In this document: piece by piece, positions 37,727 through 47,494 of the stretch
Numbering within the stretch: position 1 is the stretch's first letter
How the letters are laid out: each line of letters opens with the position of its first letter
IMG/VR virus record: IMGVR_UViG_3300020193_000015
DNA from: a virus
DNA length: 64,000 nucleotides
Strand: one strand, 5' to 3'
Notes under the pieces: generated by a model
What the model saw: the letters and a program-made list of their open reading frames with translations, nothing else
The model's database searches: none
What the model was told of the DNA's origin: nothing
Position numbers and translations under genes: made by a program

Positions 37727-38300
37727 GTGATGAAGAAAACAAAACCAACACAACTTAATGAACAAATATTACAAAAAATAATTCCAAATTGTATTTCTTA
37801 CAGCGAAGTGTTTAGGCAATTAGGTATGGTTCCTGCTGGTGCCAATTATAGAACCTTGCATAAGTATGTTAAATTATGGAATATTGATGTATCTCACATT
37901 GAGGCACGTACTTGGCATAAACATATAAGTAATGGGAGGGGCAGACCTTTAGAAGAAATTTTGGTTAAAGGCAGATTCGAGACGGGACACATTCTAAAAA
38001 AAAGACTTATAGCAGCAGGAATCAAAAAACATGCTTGCGAAGGATGTGGTTTAACTGAATGGCGTGGCAAGTCAATTCCTTTAGAAGTTCACCATAAAGA
38101 CGGGGATAGGAATAACAACTTGCTTGTAAGTCTTGTGATGAAAAAAACCGAAAAACAAAAATTTCTTGGCCATCCTGTGAAGAACTTCAATCAATGATAA
38201 AATCTTCTTCATTTTTAGCTGTTGGAAGGCAATTAGGAGTTTCAGATAGGGCAGTTCATAAGCGGTTAAAGAATCATTGTGGAATCAAAAATGAGTAAAA
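37727..38300 (+). CDS. HNH homing-type endonuclease with an apparent -1 frameshift near 38125 (1-nt indel)
   Basis: CEGCG..LEVHHKDGDRNNNLL in frame 1 (stop at 38197), then CKSCDEKNRK..SSFLAVGRQLGVSDRAVHKRLKNHCGIKNE in the -1 frame to 38300; together these rebuild a complete HNH plus C-terminal HTH tail. Confidence 0.6.
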
Positions 38301-38947
38301 TTAAAGTTTTAACTATAGAAGAAGCTATGTGGAATATAGGCCAATATAAACCTAGCAAAGTCAGACTTCCAAAGAAACTAGTTGAAATTGGAAAACTGAA
38401 AATCCATGCAGACACACAATATTACGATGCCTTTGCTAATTATTATAGCAGGCTAAAAACTCAATTGCCACATGATAAGTTCTGGCAAATAATTGAATTT
38501 CTAAGAAAGCTAATCGCAAATCGTGGTTTCACCTATGACAAATTAAAAACTTCCATAGATGAATTGTTCCGGCTAACTGCAACTGGAGAAAGCGAACACC
38601 CTGAAGGTGGTTTTGATGGTCCACATGTTGCATATAATTTCAAGGACTTATTGCAGTTCTGCTTTACATATGAAGGAATTTCCGATAAAATAGACCAGAA
38701 GCTTGATGACTTTTCTCTTGGCAGTGATGATTCTAGAGGCGATTTGATGGATTCACTGCCCTTGGCTGGTGTAAAAGTGTACGAAAATATACTAAATGGC
38801 ACAGTCAAGAATGAGCAAGATTTAGAAAAAGAATTGAAGTCATTGGCTAAAAAATGGTATGAGTTTATCCGAAATGGCGAAAACTATGTGTGGATGACAT
38901 TAAAGGAAGAAGCGGCAAGTAGAGCCTTAAATCTAATGATGGAGTAA
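38291..38947 (+). CDS. hypothetical protein
   Basis: ORF track (38279). Confidence 0.4.
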   Translation: MSKIKVLTIEEAMWNIGQYKPSKVRLPKKLVEIGKLKIHADTQYYDAFANYYSRLKTQLPHDKFWQIIEFLRKLIANRGFTYDKLKTSIDELFRLTATGESEHPEGGFDGPHVAYNFKDLLQFCFTYEGISDKIDQKLDDFSLGSDDSRGDLMDSLPLAGVKVYENILNGTVKNEQDLEKELKSLAKKWYEFIRNGENYVWMTLKEEAASRALNLMME

Positions 38948-38948
38948 C

Positions 38949-39641
38949 ATGAAAGATTATCTAAGAACAATTAACTTGGGGTAGGGAGTCGGTGAATCTG
39001 GCAAGCAAGCATGTTGGATGAGCGCTCTTTCTGCTCATTTGGGTGGGGAATGGACCGATACATTAGATTGCGTTGATCCTATCATTAATAGCCTTTGCAT
39101 AATTATTAATGATCTTTATTATATGGACAATAAGGGCAGAACCAATGACATTATGAAATTTGGTTTGTTTGCTCCATTGGGAACTAAAGGCACTTGGAAA
39201 GATACTGAGAAAAGACTATTTAAACTTGCGGATATTGCTATAAGAAAATGGGCAGCAACCGTGAGTTTTCATACAGGATTTATACAAGATGAAAAATTCC
39301 TAAGAAATTTGGATGAAATTGTAGATTTGCCTAGTCTTCGTAAAGCTAGAAATGATATTGAAATTGCAGCTTGTTATTTAATGAGTGAATTGGACATAAT
39401 AATTTATCATATAAAAGGCATTTTGATAATCCACGAAACTTGCAAGAGAGAAATGATAGCTAATTTATATAAGTTTACTGGAATTTTGATAGATCATATG
39501 GGTAGAAACGTTCTCGTAAAAGATCATTTATATTCTGCACTAAGAGAACTAATTGAAATGGGTCCACATGCACCAGAAGAACCTGAATATCCTGCTTGTG
39601 GTATTCCAAAGTTTCAAGAACTAGTAGGTATTAAAACATAA
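38949..39641 (+). CDS. paralog B1 (N-terminal MKDYLRTINLG.. module); in-frame TAG at codon 12 (38982..38984)
   Basis: ATG 1 nt after the upstream stop; the frame is continuous with ORF 39018..39641 except for the single TAG; the aligned position is Ile or Phe in the paralogs. Confidence 0.5.
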
Positions 39642-39653
39642 ACTAAAAGAATT

Positions 39654-39682
39654 AGTGGATTAAAACAATGTGCTGCTGGCAC
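39654..39682 (+). repeat. orphan degenerate CRISPR repeat GATTAAAACAATGTGCTG-CTGGCAC (3-nt deletion in the hairpin loop)
   Basis: 18 of 18 nt plus TGGCAC match the array repeat; lies between the 38949 gene stop and the 39694 gene start. Confidence 0.55.
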
Positions 39683-39693
39683 ATAGGTATTAA

Positions 39694-39936
39694 ATGTCAA
39701 AGTTAACTGTTAGGACTATCTTTAATGGTGCAATGAATGCCAAGTATGAAGTTAGTATTCCTCTTAACAAGAAAGAAACAGAGGAACTTAAAAGTGCTTT
39801 GGAAGTGGTAAGAAAGTATGAGAAACAAGCTTTAGACGCCACAAAGGTATCTAGAAAGACAGAAGCAGTTGTAATTGATTATCTGGTTAAATCAAATAGT
39901 GTGCTTATCTCTGTTGAAGCTGGAGGTTTTGGTTAA
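39694..39936 (+). CDS. hypothetical protein
   Basis: ORF track. Confidence 0.35.
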   Translation: MSKLTVRTIFNGAMNAKYEVSIPLNKKETEELKSALEVVRKYEKQALDATKVSRKTEAVVIDYLVKSNSVLISVEAGGFG

Positions 39937-39937
39937 A

Positions 39938-40489
39938 ATGAATGATTATCTTAAAACAATCAAGCTAGGATTTGGCAAAGGCAAAAGGGGAGAACAAGGA
40001 TGTTGGATGAGGGTGTTCCACATTGCAGATACTGTTATTAGAGAGTGGACGCCAACTGTGTTAAGAAATTATTGGCACGGTTTACGGATCGGTTGTCCAA
40101 TGCACCTTTTATATCAAAAAATTGCTGATAAATTAGAAGAAATGCCTAAAATTTCAAAAGAAACATCTAAACTTTATCGTGTTTTAGATACTTTAAATGA
40201 AATGGAAATTAAAGAATTAAAATCTGCAAAAACTATTATTATGGCTGCATGTTTTCTTTCCATTAAACATAGTCGTATAATGTGTGATGGCATTGCCGAT
40301 TCCGTTGTTGGCACATTTCCTTGGCCTTGGTTAGAATTGAATGCCGACCGTGATCATAGAAAATACCTAAAGACCAAAGTTTACCCATTGTTAAGAGAAC
40401 TAATCGAAATGGGACCACATGCACCAAAAGAATCAGAATATCCTGCTTGTGGTGTACAAAAGTTCAAGGAAGCGGTGGGAATAGTTTAA
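39938..40489 (+). CDS. paralog B2 (MNDYLKTIKLGFGKG..CWM.. module; C-terminal LRELIEMGPHAP..YPACG shared with B1)
   Basis: sequence comparison; the ORF track starts at 39875. Confidence 0.5.
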   Translation: MNDYLKTIKLGFGKGKRGEQGCWMRVFHIADTVIREWTPTVLRNYWHGLRIGCPMHLLYQKIADKLEEMPKISKETSKLYRVLDTLNEMEIKELKSAKTIIMAACFLSIKHSRIMCDGIADSVVGTFPWPWLELNADRDHRKYLKTKVYPLLRELIEMGPHAPKESEYPACGVQKFKEAVGIV

Positions 40490-40499
40490 TTGTACCAAG
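40485..40499 (+). promoter_or_regulatory. conserved 15-mer TTTAATTGTACCAAG (copy 5)
   Basis: contains the TAA stop of the 39938 gene; ATG at 40503 and 40508. Confidence 0.6.
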
Positions 40500-40507
40500 C
40501 AAATGCC

Positions 40508-41578
40508 ATGCAACCATATTTTCAATTTTTCAGGGAAGGGGAAAATCCACCCTCTCCTAACTGTCGTAATTGGTATCTTGACCCATCTAACCCAGAGTCC
40601 CCATATTACGGGTTCGTGGGTAATGAGAATGCTATTAAGAGGCTTGTCCGTATTGACTTTAATGCTTTGGGTAAGTTCAATCATGCCACAGAGGGATTAA
40701 ATGTGGCGGTTATTGGTCCTGCTGGTACTGGCAAGACTAGCCTCGTAAAGCGTCACAATAGGGCTAGAATGCTTCCGTTTGTGGAAATTAGCCCAAAGTC
40801 CGTCAAGAACACTCAGGATTTATTTAAAGAAATCTCAGGTGTTGCATTTAGGTCTGGCGTGACCCTTGAGAAGCAGAATAATGGGTTTTACCTTCCGCCA
40901 ATGGACATTTTCATTGACGAAGTTCATGCCCTTCATAACAACATGGTCCAAGGATTGCTTAAAGCTACTGAACCCAGCGATAGCATCCTTGTTACCTCTG
41001 AGGGCATGACGGTTAATTGTAAAAATATCCACTGGATTATTGCTACAACTGACCGTGGTAAGCTGTTTGATGCCTTTGATACCCGTTTCATAAAGATTCA
41101 ACTGCATCTTTATGACAAGGAAACGATGGCTCAGATTGTAAATGCCCATTATCCTAACTGGTCTATGGACGTTTGTAGGCTGGTTGCCCATTATAGCTCC
41201 AGGGTTCCTAGAGAAGCTATTGCATTCGCTAAGGAAATGACTTTGGAATATAACATGAATCCTGGCAATTGGGAATCAGTAGCAAAGCAAATAGCCTGTG
41301 ATAATGAAATTGACCCTTGGGGAATGACTTATCAGCGGCTTAAAATCCTTAAAGCATTAGGCCAACACCCGGTTTCTGCTGCTAGACTTCCTGGCGTGGC
41401 TGAATGTAAAATCGAAGAATTGGATAAGTTTGTTCTGCCCTGGTTGCTTGAATCGACTCCAGATCAGGCGGCAATGGTTTCTGTTAGCAGCAAAGGTTAT
41501 TGTATAACTGAGGCTGGAGTTGAGCAATTGGAAGTCAGGGGTATTGAGTATAACAAAGACGTACTTGAGGCTGCATAA
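40508..41578 (+). CDS. AAA+ ATPase, RuvB/RFC-like
   Basis: Walker A GPAGTGKTS; Walker B DIFIDEVHAL; sensor ATTDRG; the ORF track starts at TTG 40490. Confidence 0.55.
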   Translation: MQPYFQFFREGENPPSPNCRNWYLDPSNPESPYYGFVGNENAIKRLVRIDFNALGKFNHATEGLNVAVIGPAGTGKTSLVKRHNRARMLPFVEISPKSVKNTQDLFKEISGVAFRSGVTLEKQNNGFYLPPMDIFIDEVHALHNNMVQGLLKATEPSDSILVTSEGMTVNCKNIHWIIATTDRGKLFDAFDTRFIKIQLHLYDKETMAQIVNAHYPNWSMDVCRLVAHYSSRVPREAIAFAKEMTLEYNMNPGNWESVAKQIACDNEIDPWGMTYQRLKILKALGQHPVSAARLPGVAECKIEELDKFVLPWLLESTPDQAAMVSVSSKGYCITEAGVEQLEVRGIEYNKDVLEAA

Positions 41579-41836
41579 AATGGGAGCTAAGTCAACGGTA
41601 GACATTACTAGGGCTGAAGCTCTCTGTTTTATTTTTGGCCATCTGGAGAATGCAGATAATAAAACGATAGCAGCTGTATTGGATAAATGATGCACTGTAT
41701 GAAAATGAGAAAGAAAGTTTAGGACTCCATAACTTTTGGGTGTATGATGAGTAAGCAATACAATAATTTTGATACATTTTGTAAAACAAGATTGGTACGA
41801 AAATAATGTGCCAAGTGATTTGTGGAAGCTTAAACA

Positions 41837-42109
41837 ATGAATAATTATCAGCCAGAAATAGGGCAGATGTGTTTTGGGCAACAGTGGAAGAAATATGAAG
41901 GCAGCAATCTTCTTATTGCCGCATTACAGGCTATTGATAGTGAGCTTAGGCGTATAATGTGGAATGCCAATCAAGAGGAATACAATTCACCATTTGATAA
42001 TACCGGCAACAGATATAAAAATGATGTATTTGAAGTCCAGGCTTATTCTTGGGATGATTCCTATGAACAACCTTTTAACTTTAAATGGGACAATGTAGAG
42101 GTTAGCTGA
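41837..42109 (+). CDS. hypothetical protein
   Basis: ORF track. Confidence 0.35.
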   Translation: MNNYQPEIGQMCFGQQWKKYEGSNLLIAALQAIDSELRRIMWNANQEEYNSPFDNTGNRYKNDVFEVQAYSWDDSYEQPFNFKWDNVEVS

Positions 42110-42192
42110 TATAAGTATTTAGGGCGTGGAGTTTCCGTTAATCAAGAACTATGCCCAGATAGAATCAATAAGATGTTGGATGCTTGTCTTGA

Positions 42193-42609
42193 ATGTTTAG
42201 AGAAGTTGGAACAATTAAGGGATTAATTTTGATAGCTGAATACTACCTTCAAAGCAGTCATTATCTTCATCGGGCATATGCTGCTGGAGTACGTGCTGCA
42301 CAAAGCGATAATGATTATTGTCGCATTCATGTTATGTATCAGAAATTTAATCCTGGTTATAAATTAGTGCTGCATAAGGATGGGGATTATTGTTATAAAA
42401 GAGTAGTTATATTAAATTTATCTGGATATGCCAATTTGCTGTTCTCTAAATATGAATATATTCCTCTTGATGGCGTACCTGTCTATCATTATGTACATGC
42501 TGGTGATATCGTTTATATGGAAGGTGACTCATTGGATAGATACTATCATGGTATTCCTCACATGCCGGTAGAAAGATTGTTATCAGGTATTACAAATAAT
42601 GGCCGTTGA
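42193..42609 (+). CDS. hypothetical protein
   Basis: ORF track. Confidence 0.4.
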   Translation: MFREVGTIKGLILIAEYYLQSSHYLHRAYAAGVRAAQSDNDYCRIHVMYQKFNPGYKLVLHKDGDYCYKRVVILNLSGYANLLFSKYEYIPLDGVPVYHYVHAGDIVYMEGDSLDRYYHGIPHMPVERLLSGITNNGR

Positions 42610-42799
42610 ATGGTGTCAATATGAGCATATATGTCTTGGAATCATAAGCCAATTTGAAAGAGTTAGGCAAAGATGTGGCTATGGAAAAGTCAAAGTTCCT
42701 CCAAGAGTACGTTGTAAGAAATGCAAGAAAAGATTTAAGCCTTATTTTAAAACAGATCATGATGGTGATTTAAGGTGGTATTTGCCCAAGCATAAATGA
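42599..42799 (+). CDS. hypothetical zinc-ribbon protein
   Basis: CKKCKKRF. Confidence 0.35.
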   Translation: MAVEWCQYEHICLGIISQFERVRQRCGYGKVKVPPRVRCKKCKKRFKPYFKTDHDGDLRWYLPKHK

Positions 42800-42805
42800 G
42801 ACAAC

Positions 42806-43168
42806 ATGGAACATCCTATGATTAATGATGGAATTTTAAAACTCGCATACGGGCAAGAAGCTTATACTCCAGATGCAGGCAAAATTCCCGTTGGCACAAT
42901 AGTTTTATGTGGTTTGTGCGGAGATAAATGTAATGAAACCAGAAATGAATATGGGCCTAGAAGTTATGCGATGTCAATGTTGGGGTCAAAATCACATTAT
43001 GATTGTTGGCTTTGCTCCAATAGAGAGGCAAGATGGCATATTCAAGCACAAAGACTTAGAAGAGAGGCCAGAAATTCTCCAAGTGCTACGATAGAAAGAA
43101 TATTGTTGGAAGAAATGGAACAGGTTATAAAGACCAGAAAACAAACAAAAGAAAATGTATATCCATGA
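42806..43168 (+). CDS. hypothetical Cys-rich protein
   Basis: ORF track. Confidence 0.4.
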   Translation: MEHPMINDGILKLAYGQEAYTPDAGKIPVGTIVLCGLCGDKCNETRNEYGPRSYAMSMLGSKSHYDCWLCSNREARWHIQAQRLRREARNSPSATIERILLEEMEQVIKTRKQTKENVYP

Positions 43169-43533
43169 ACGAACCACTTTCATATCAACGATTACTTGAA
43201 ATAACTGATGGGCATCCTGAACAAGAATATATCTTTAAATTCATTTTAAATAATGAAAGAAAGACTATTAGTAGGCTTTCTGAATTGAGAAAATCTGAAA
43301 ATGAGTTAAACAAGCTGAAACGGAAAGCTGAGGATAAGTTTAAAAAGCTAGAAGAACGGACTAAAAAATTAGACAAAAGAATTAAAAAGGCTGGAAATAT
43401 TAAAACTTACAAAGGTCTAAAAGAATTAAATGTGCATTTGGAATATATTATCAAACAACCAGAGAAATATAAAGAATTGGAAAGCAAAATAAGTGAACTA
43501 GCCAAGTTAATAACTGACTATATTAGTGCATGA
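43165..43533 (+). CDS. hypothetical coiled-coil protein
   Basis: ORF track; K/E-rich heptads. Confidence 0.4.
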   Translation: MNEPLSYQRLLEITDGHPEQEYIFKFILNNERKTISRLSELRKSENELNKLKRKAEDKFKKLEERTKKLDKRIKKAGNIKTYKGLKELNVHLEYIIKQPEKYKELESKISELAKLITDYISA

Positions 43534-43817
43534 AAAAATTAAGTGTTGTTTTCTTTGGAAGTCTATTGGGGTTAACCATTCTCGGCAGCGGTTCCCTTTT
43601 ACTAATTAAATTCCGTAACTTTTTTATTGGTAATCCTTACGTTTATCAAAAAGATACGAAAACGGAAGGAATCGTAGCTTGCCTTTTAACTGGCTTGGCT
43701 ATGATTTTTATGTTTACAGGCTTGTATTTTACGATAGAATTAACTTGGTTCCTTTTAGCTTTAGTGGGCTATTTGGGTGTTTCCTTTATAATGTGGCAAA
43801 AGATGTTTTTAAACTAA
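43530..43817 (+). CDS. hypothetical membrane protein
   Basis: three hydrophobic segments. Confidence 0.4.
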   Translation: MKKLSVVFFGSLLGLTILGSGSLLLIKFRNFFIGNPYVYQKDTKTEGIVACLLTGLAMIFMFTGLYFTIELTWFLLALVGYLGVSFIMWQKMFLN

Positions 43818-43855
43818 TCCTTGTCATCTGGTAGCGGAACATAAAGGAAAAATAA

Positions 43856-44779
43856 ATGAATGATAAGGTAAAAGGAGCATTGTGGGGAGGAGTTGTGGGA
43901 GATTCAGCTGGGATGTGCGCCGAATTCCTTCCGAGAGGGAGTTTTCCACCAATTACTGGATATAGAAGCGGTGGGCCATTCAATTTAGAAAAAGGGGCAT
44001 TCACCGATGACACTTCTATGGCCTTGTGTTTGGCTGATAGCATTGCCACTGTTGGTTGGGACTTGAAAGATCAATTGAAACGGTATGTAGATTGGTATGA
44101 AAATGGAAAATATTCAGTAAATGGTAAATGTTTTGATATTGGCTGTACAACTAGGCATGCTTTAAATGAATTTATTCGTACTGGAGAAGTTAATGCAGAC
44201 CTAGACGAAAATGCTTCTGGCAATGGTTGCATAATGAGACTTTCTGCCGTTCCAGCCTATTATAGATATCTTTTCCCTCACTATTTGCCTGAATTAATGG
44301 TAAAGGCCGAAGAGTCTAGTGCAACAACTCACGGAAGCGAACAATGCAAATCTAGTTGTCGTTATATGACTGCAATTATTTGTGCTTTTATTCATGGAGA
44401 TTATACAAAAGATGAAGTTTTATCAACAAATTGGAGAATACTAAAAGAAATTGAAAACTTAAAGCCTTTGCATCCTTTAGTTAAAACTATTGCAAATGGC
44501 AGTTTTAAAACAAAAACTTTAGAAGAAATTGATTCATCAGGATGGGTGATTGCTACGCTTGAAGCGGCAATTTATTCATTTTATCATTCGAATAGTTTTG
44601 AAGAAGCAGTATTTCGTTCTTGCAACATGGGATTAGATGCAGATACGGTAGGTTGCGTTACAGGCCAAATTGCTGGTGCGTATTATGGTTTTGATGCTAT
44701 CCCCAAGGAACTAATTGAAGGTTTGAGTAGAAAAGACATGCTGGAAGAATATTTCGGCAAGTTATATAAAGGAAACTAA
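43856..44779 (+). CDS. ADP-ribosylglycohydrolase (DraG/ARH family)
   Basis: GALWGGVVGDSAGMCAEF; DDTSMALCLADSI. Confidence 0.75.
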   Translation: MNDKVKGALWGGVVGDSAGMCAEFLPRGSFPPITGYRSGGPFNLEKGAFTDDTSMALCLADSIATVGWDLKDQLKRYVDWYENGKYSVNGKCFDIGCTTRHALNEFIRTGEVNADLDENASGNGCIMRLSAVPAYYRYLFPHYLPELMVKAEESSATTHGSEQCKSSCRYMTAIICAFIHGDYTKDEVLSTNWRILKEIENLKPLHPLVKTIANGSFKTKTLEEIDSSGWVIATLEAAIYSFYHSNSFEEAVFRSCNMGLDADTVGCVTGQIAGAYYGFDAIPKELIEGLSRKDMLEEYFGKLYKGN

Positions 44780-44829
44780 AATGTTAATTGGTGCTATAGG
44801 ATACGATTCTAAGGCTATTATTGTAAGTT

Positions 44830-45300
44830 ATGAAAACCGTCACTCTCACAAGCAAATTGATCTGTCCTTATTGTAAAACAAGGCAAGAATACAAGGCTAT
44901 AGATTATTTTGTTTATAACCGTGCTGGTCCTAAACATGCTAAAAACACCTTGGCCAGAAAAACTATGACCGGATTACTAATTACTGAAGAATTGCTGGAA
45001 TCCCTTGGGGCAACAAAAATAGGCAATGCTTGGGAACTAAATTCTAGGGGATATTTGTTTTCTTTCGAGAAACCTAAACCTCGGAAGGGAGTAACTTATC
45101 CTCCTAATCAGTGGGAGCTTAGTTGCCCTGGATCAGCATATAGCCATTCCGTAGATAATTTAAGTGAATGCTTTGGCTTTATAGCAAATGCATCCTTTGC
45201 TTCTGGTAAGGAATATAAATTGCATGAAATTAGGGATGCTCTTGGTATTGGCGGTGCAATTGGTAGCTCAGCTAATATTATAACCCCACAAATGGATTAA
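44830..45300 (+). CDS. hypothetical protein
   Basis: ORF track. Confidence 0.4.
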   Translation: MKTVTLTSKLICPYCKTRQEYKAIDYFVYNRAGPKHAKNTLARKTMTGLLITEELLESLGATKIGNAWELNSRGYLFSFEKPKPRKGVTYPPNQWELSCPGSAYSHSVDNLSECFGFIANASFASGKEYKLHEIRDALGIGGAIGSSANIITPQMD

Positions 45301-45302
45301 AT

Positions 45303-45488
45303 ATGAAATTCTCTCTTGACCCTCAAAAAGAAGTTGAAAAATTAAGTAAAGCTACTTGGTGTGATAAATTTGTGGCTGATTTCATTCGAGAACGTGGAAT
45401 TGATGCCCTTAGCCGTTTATCAGCCAGGGGAGCTATTGGTGAATTTTATCATTGGTTAGACGAACAAGGCAAAATTAAACATGATTAA
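45303..45488 (+). CDS. hypothetical protein
   Basis: ORF track. Confidence 0.3.
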   Translation: MKFSLDPQKEVEKLSKATWCDKFVADFIRERGIDALSRLSARGAIGEFYHWLDEQGKIKHD

Positions 45489-46170
45489 TGAACTAGGTCC
45501 GACTGGAGATTTTCGCTGTCCAAAATGCAAAAACAGCCTCCAAAATAGCGTTGTTGGGGACAAATATCGTTGCGCAAATTGTAAGCACGATTGGAAACCT
45601 ACCATTGTCGATTGGGCATTAAAGATTGCAACCGAAGCGCATATTTATCAAAAGAGGAAATGGGCTACTGGAACGGCAGAAGTTCCTTATATTGTCCATC
45701 CAATCCGTGTTGCTAAAAAGATTGCTACGTTAAAAGGCACTACTGAAGTTGACGTTGCAGCAGCTTTAGTCCATGATTTAGCGGAAGATGTTGCTATTCC
45801 CCAAAAGAAAGTTGCAGAATATAATCAGCTTGTTGAAGAAAAGTGTGGTAAGTTAGTTCTTGAATTGATGTGGGAACTTACTAATCCAACGGAAGGACCG
45901 GAATGGGCAGATGTTCCAAGGACTGAGAAGAGAAAGCATGATTGGCAGCATTTAGCTCAAGTTTCTGATCGTGCCAAACGTATTAAAATGGTTGATCGCT
46001 GGGATAATGTCAGTGACTTTGGCAATGCTCCGTCCAGGCTTGTTTTCAAATACATCCCAGAAAGTTATCATCTTTTAAGTATGACTCGTTATGTTGATGA
46101 AGAAATGGGTCAAGAATTAGAAGATGCAATTAAGGCATTAGAAAAACGTTATAAACACAAAAATGGCTAA
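45481..46170 (+). CDS. HD-domain phosphohydrolase (RelA/SpoT-type (p)ppGpp hydrolase-like) with an N-terminal zinc ribbon
   Basis: HPIRVAKKIA..AAALVHDLAEDV; CPKCKN..CANCKH. Confidence 0.6.
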   Translation: MINELGPTGDFRCPKCKNSLQNSVVGDKYRCANCKHDWKPTIVDWALKIATEAHIYQKRKWATGTAEVPYIVHPIRVAKKIATLKGTTEVDVAAALVHDLAEDVAIPQKKVAEYNQLVEEKCGKLVLELMWELTNPTEGPEWADVPRTEKRKHDWQHLAQVSDRAKRIKMVDRWDNVSDFGNAPSRLVFKYIPESYHLLSMTRYVDEEMGQELEDAIKALEKRYKHKNG

Positions 46171-46441
46171 CCAAATTAAAGTGACTGGTCCGACACAATT
46201 TGCACAGAAATGTTTGAAAGACATTGAAGTTGGAGAATGTTTTTCTACGGAACATGAAGAAGTATACATAAAAAGTAATGTTTTAGATAATATTGATGAA
46301 AATGAAATTGGTTGTTATTGCCTTTTGTTAAATGAAACAACAATTGAGAATCCTGGCTATATTCATACTTTAAAACAAACCATGTTAGTGTACCCGTTAA
46401 CTTGTACGATCCAAATAGAAAGAATTTCAAAGGAGAATTAA
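46163..46441 (+). CDS. hypothetical protein
   Basis: ORF track. Confidence 0.35.
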   Translation: MANQIKVTGPTQFAQKCLKDIEVGECFSTEHEEVYIKSNVLDNIDENEIGCYCLLLNETTIENPGYIHTLKQTMLVYPLTCTIQIERISKEN

Positions 46442-46442
46442 A

Positions 46443-46898
46443 ATGATTTCGATTGCTGGATTGAGTAAAGGTGCTGTTTTAGCTGCATTGTATAACCGTA
46501 GCCGACCACAAGGCATGGGTTTCCTTCATTATGATCCCACGCCTATGACCGAAGAAATTGCCAATGAACTTCTAGCCCAAACTCAATATTTTGATTATGT
46601 TAAAGGTCGGGTAATGAAAGTTGACCTGAAGAAAAATGAATTTGATGAACGTCTTTATGACAGGGATAATGGACATGGAGCGGCCCAAAGTGCTATCAAT
46701 GAAGTCTTGAAAGGTCAAGTTAATTCAGAAAAGCTACAGGAAGATCATAATGCTTCCAAGTCTGCTGCTGCTTTGGAAGCGTATGTTGGAATGCAAACGC
46801 CTACCAAATATGAAAAGGATTGCGTTACAATGGGTCTGGATGACGTTGCTGATATTTTAGGACCGGCTGTGAAAAAAGCTTTAAACCCGGAGAGTTAA
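46443..46898 (+). CDS. hypothetical protein
   Basis: ORF track. Confidence 0.4.
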   Translation: MISIAGLSKGAVLAALYNRSRPQGMGFLHYDPTPMTEEIANELLAQTQYFDYVKGRVMKVDLKKNEFDERLYDRDNGHGAAQSAINEVLKGQVNSEKLQEDHNASKSAAALEAYVGMQTPTKYEKDCVTMGLDDVADILGPAVKKALNPES

Positions 46899-47022
46899 AT
46901 GCCAATTTTAGCCAAAACAGCTAAAAAGCTTGGAAAATCTGCAACACCACGTTCTGATCGTAAAGAACTAGTAATGCTACGTGTTTCTATAGCTAAACTT
47001 GCTAGAAAATTAAAAGTAGATT

Positions 47023-47235
47023 ATGGAGATTTATGTTTTACTGATGCAATATTTATGTTTTACTGATGCAATTTATGAAGAAATTTGCGCAAAAGCTAGA
47101 AGAAAAGAGCGGGGCTGGAACAGACTTGTAAGTGAATGTTATAAGAAAATTACAAAGATTCATAGGCAAATTTGTCAAATGCTGGCTATAACAAAGGAGC
47201 TTAAAATTGAAGGTTATGAAGTACAAGAATTATGA
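47023..47235 (+). CDS. hypothetical protein
   Basis: ORF track. Confidence 0.3.
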   Translation: MEIYVLLMQYLCFTDAIYEEICAKARRKERGWNRLVSECYKKITKIHRQICQMLAITKELKIEGYEVQEL

Positions 47236-47494
47236 TGTTTATTTGCAATACAAAAAGTATTATAATGGCAGAGTGTGCATTCAACTGACGCATGCACATG
47301 ACCATGATCCAGTTGCAATTGCTACAGTAAATTTACCTGATGATGAATTGGGCGAAGGGGAAGTTTTCATCAAGAACTATTCAGAGAATGAAGGAATGCT
47401 TGAATGGCTTGAGAAAAATGGCATTGTGGAACGAACCGGGAGGGTAGTACCAAGTGGATATGTAACAATTCCAGTTTGCAGGTTGCTTAAGTAA
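47207..47494 (+). CDS. hypothetical protein
   Basis: ORF track. Confidence 0.35.
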   Translation: MKVMKYKNYDVYLQYKKYYNGRVCIQLTHAHDHDPVAIATVNLPDDELGEGEVFIKNYSENEGMLEWLEKNGIVERTGRVVPSGYVTIPVCRLLK

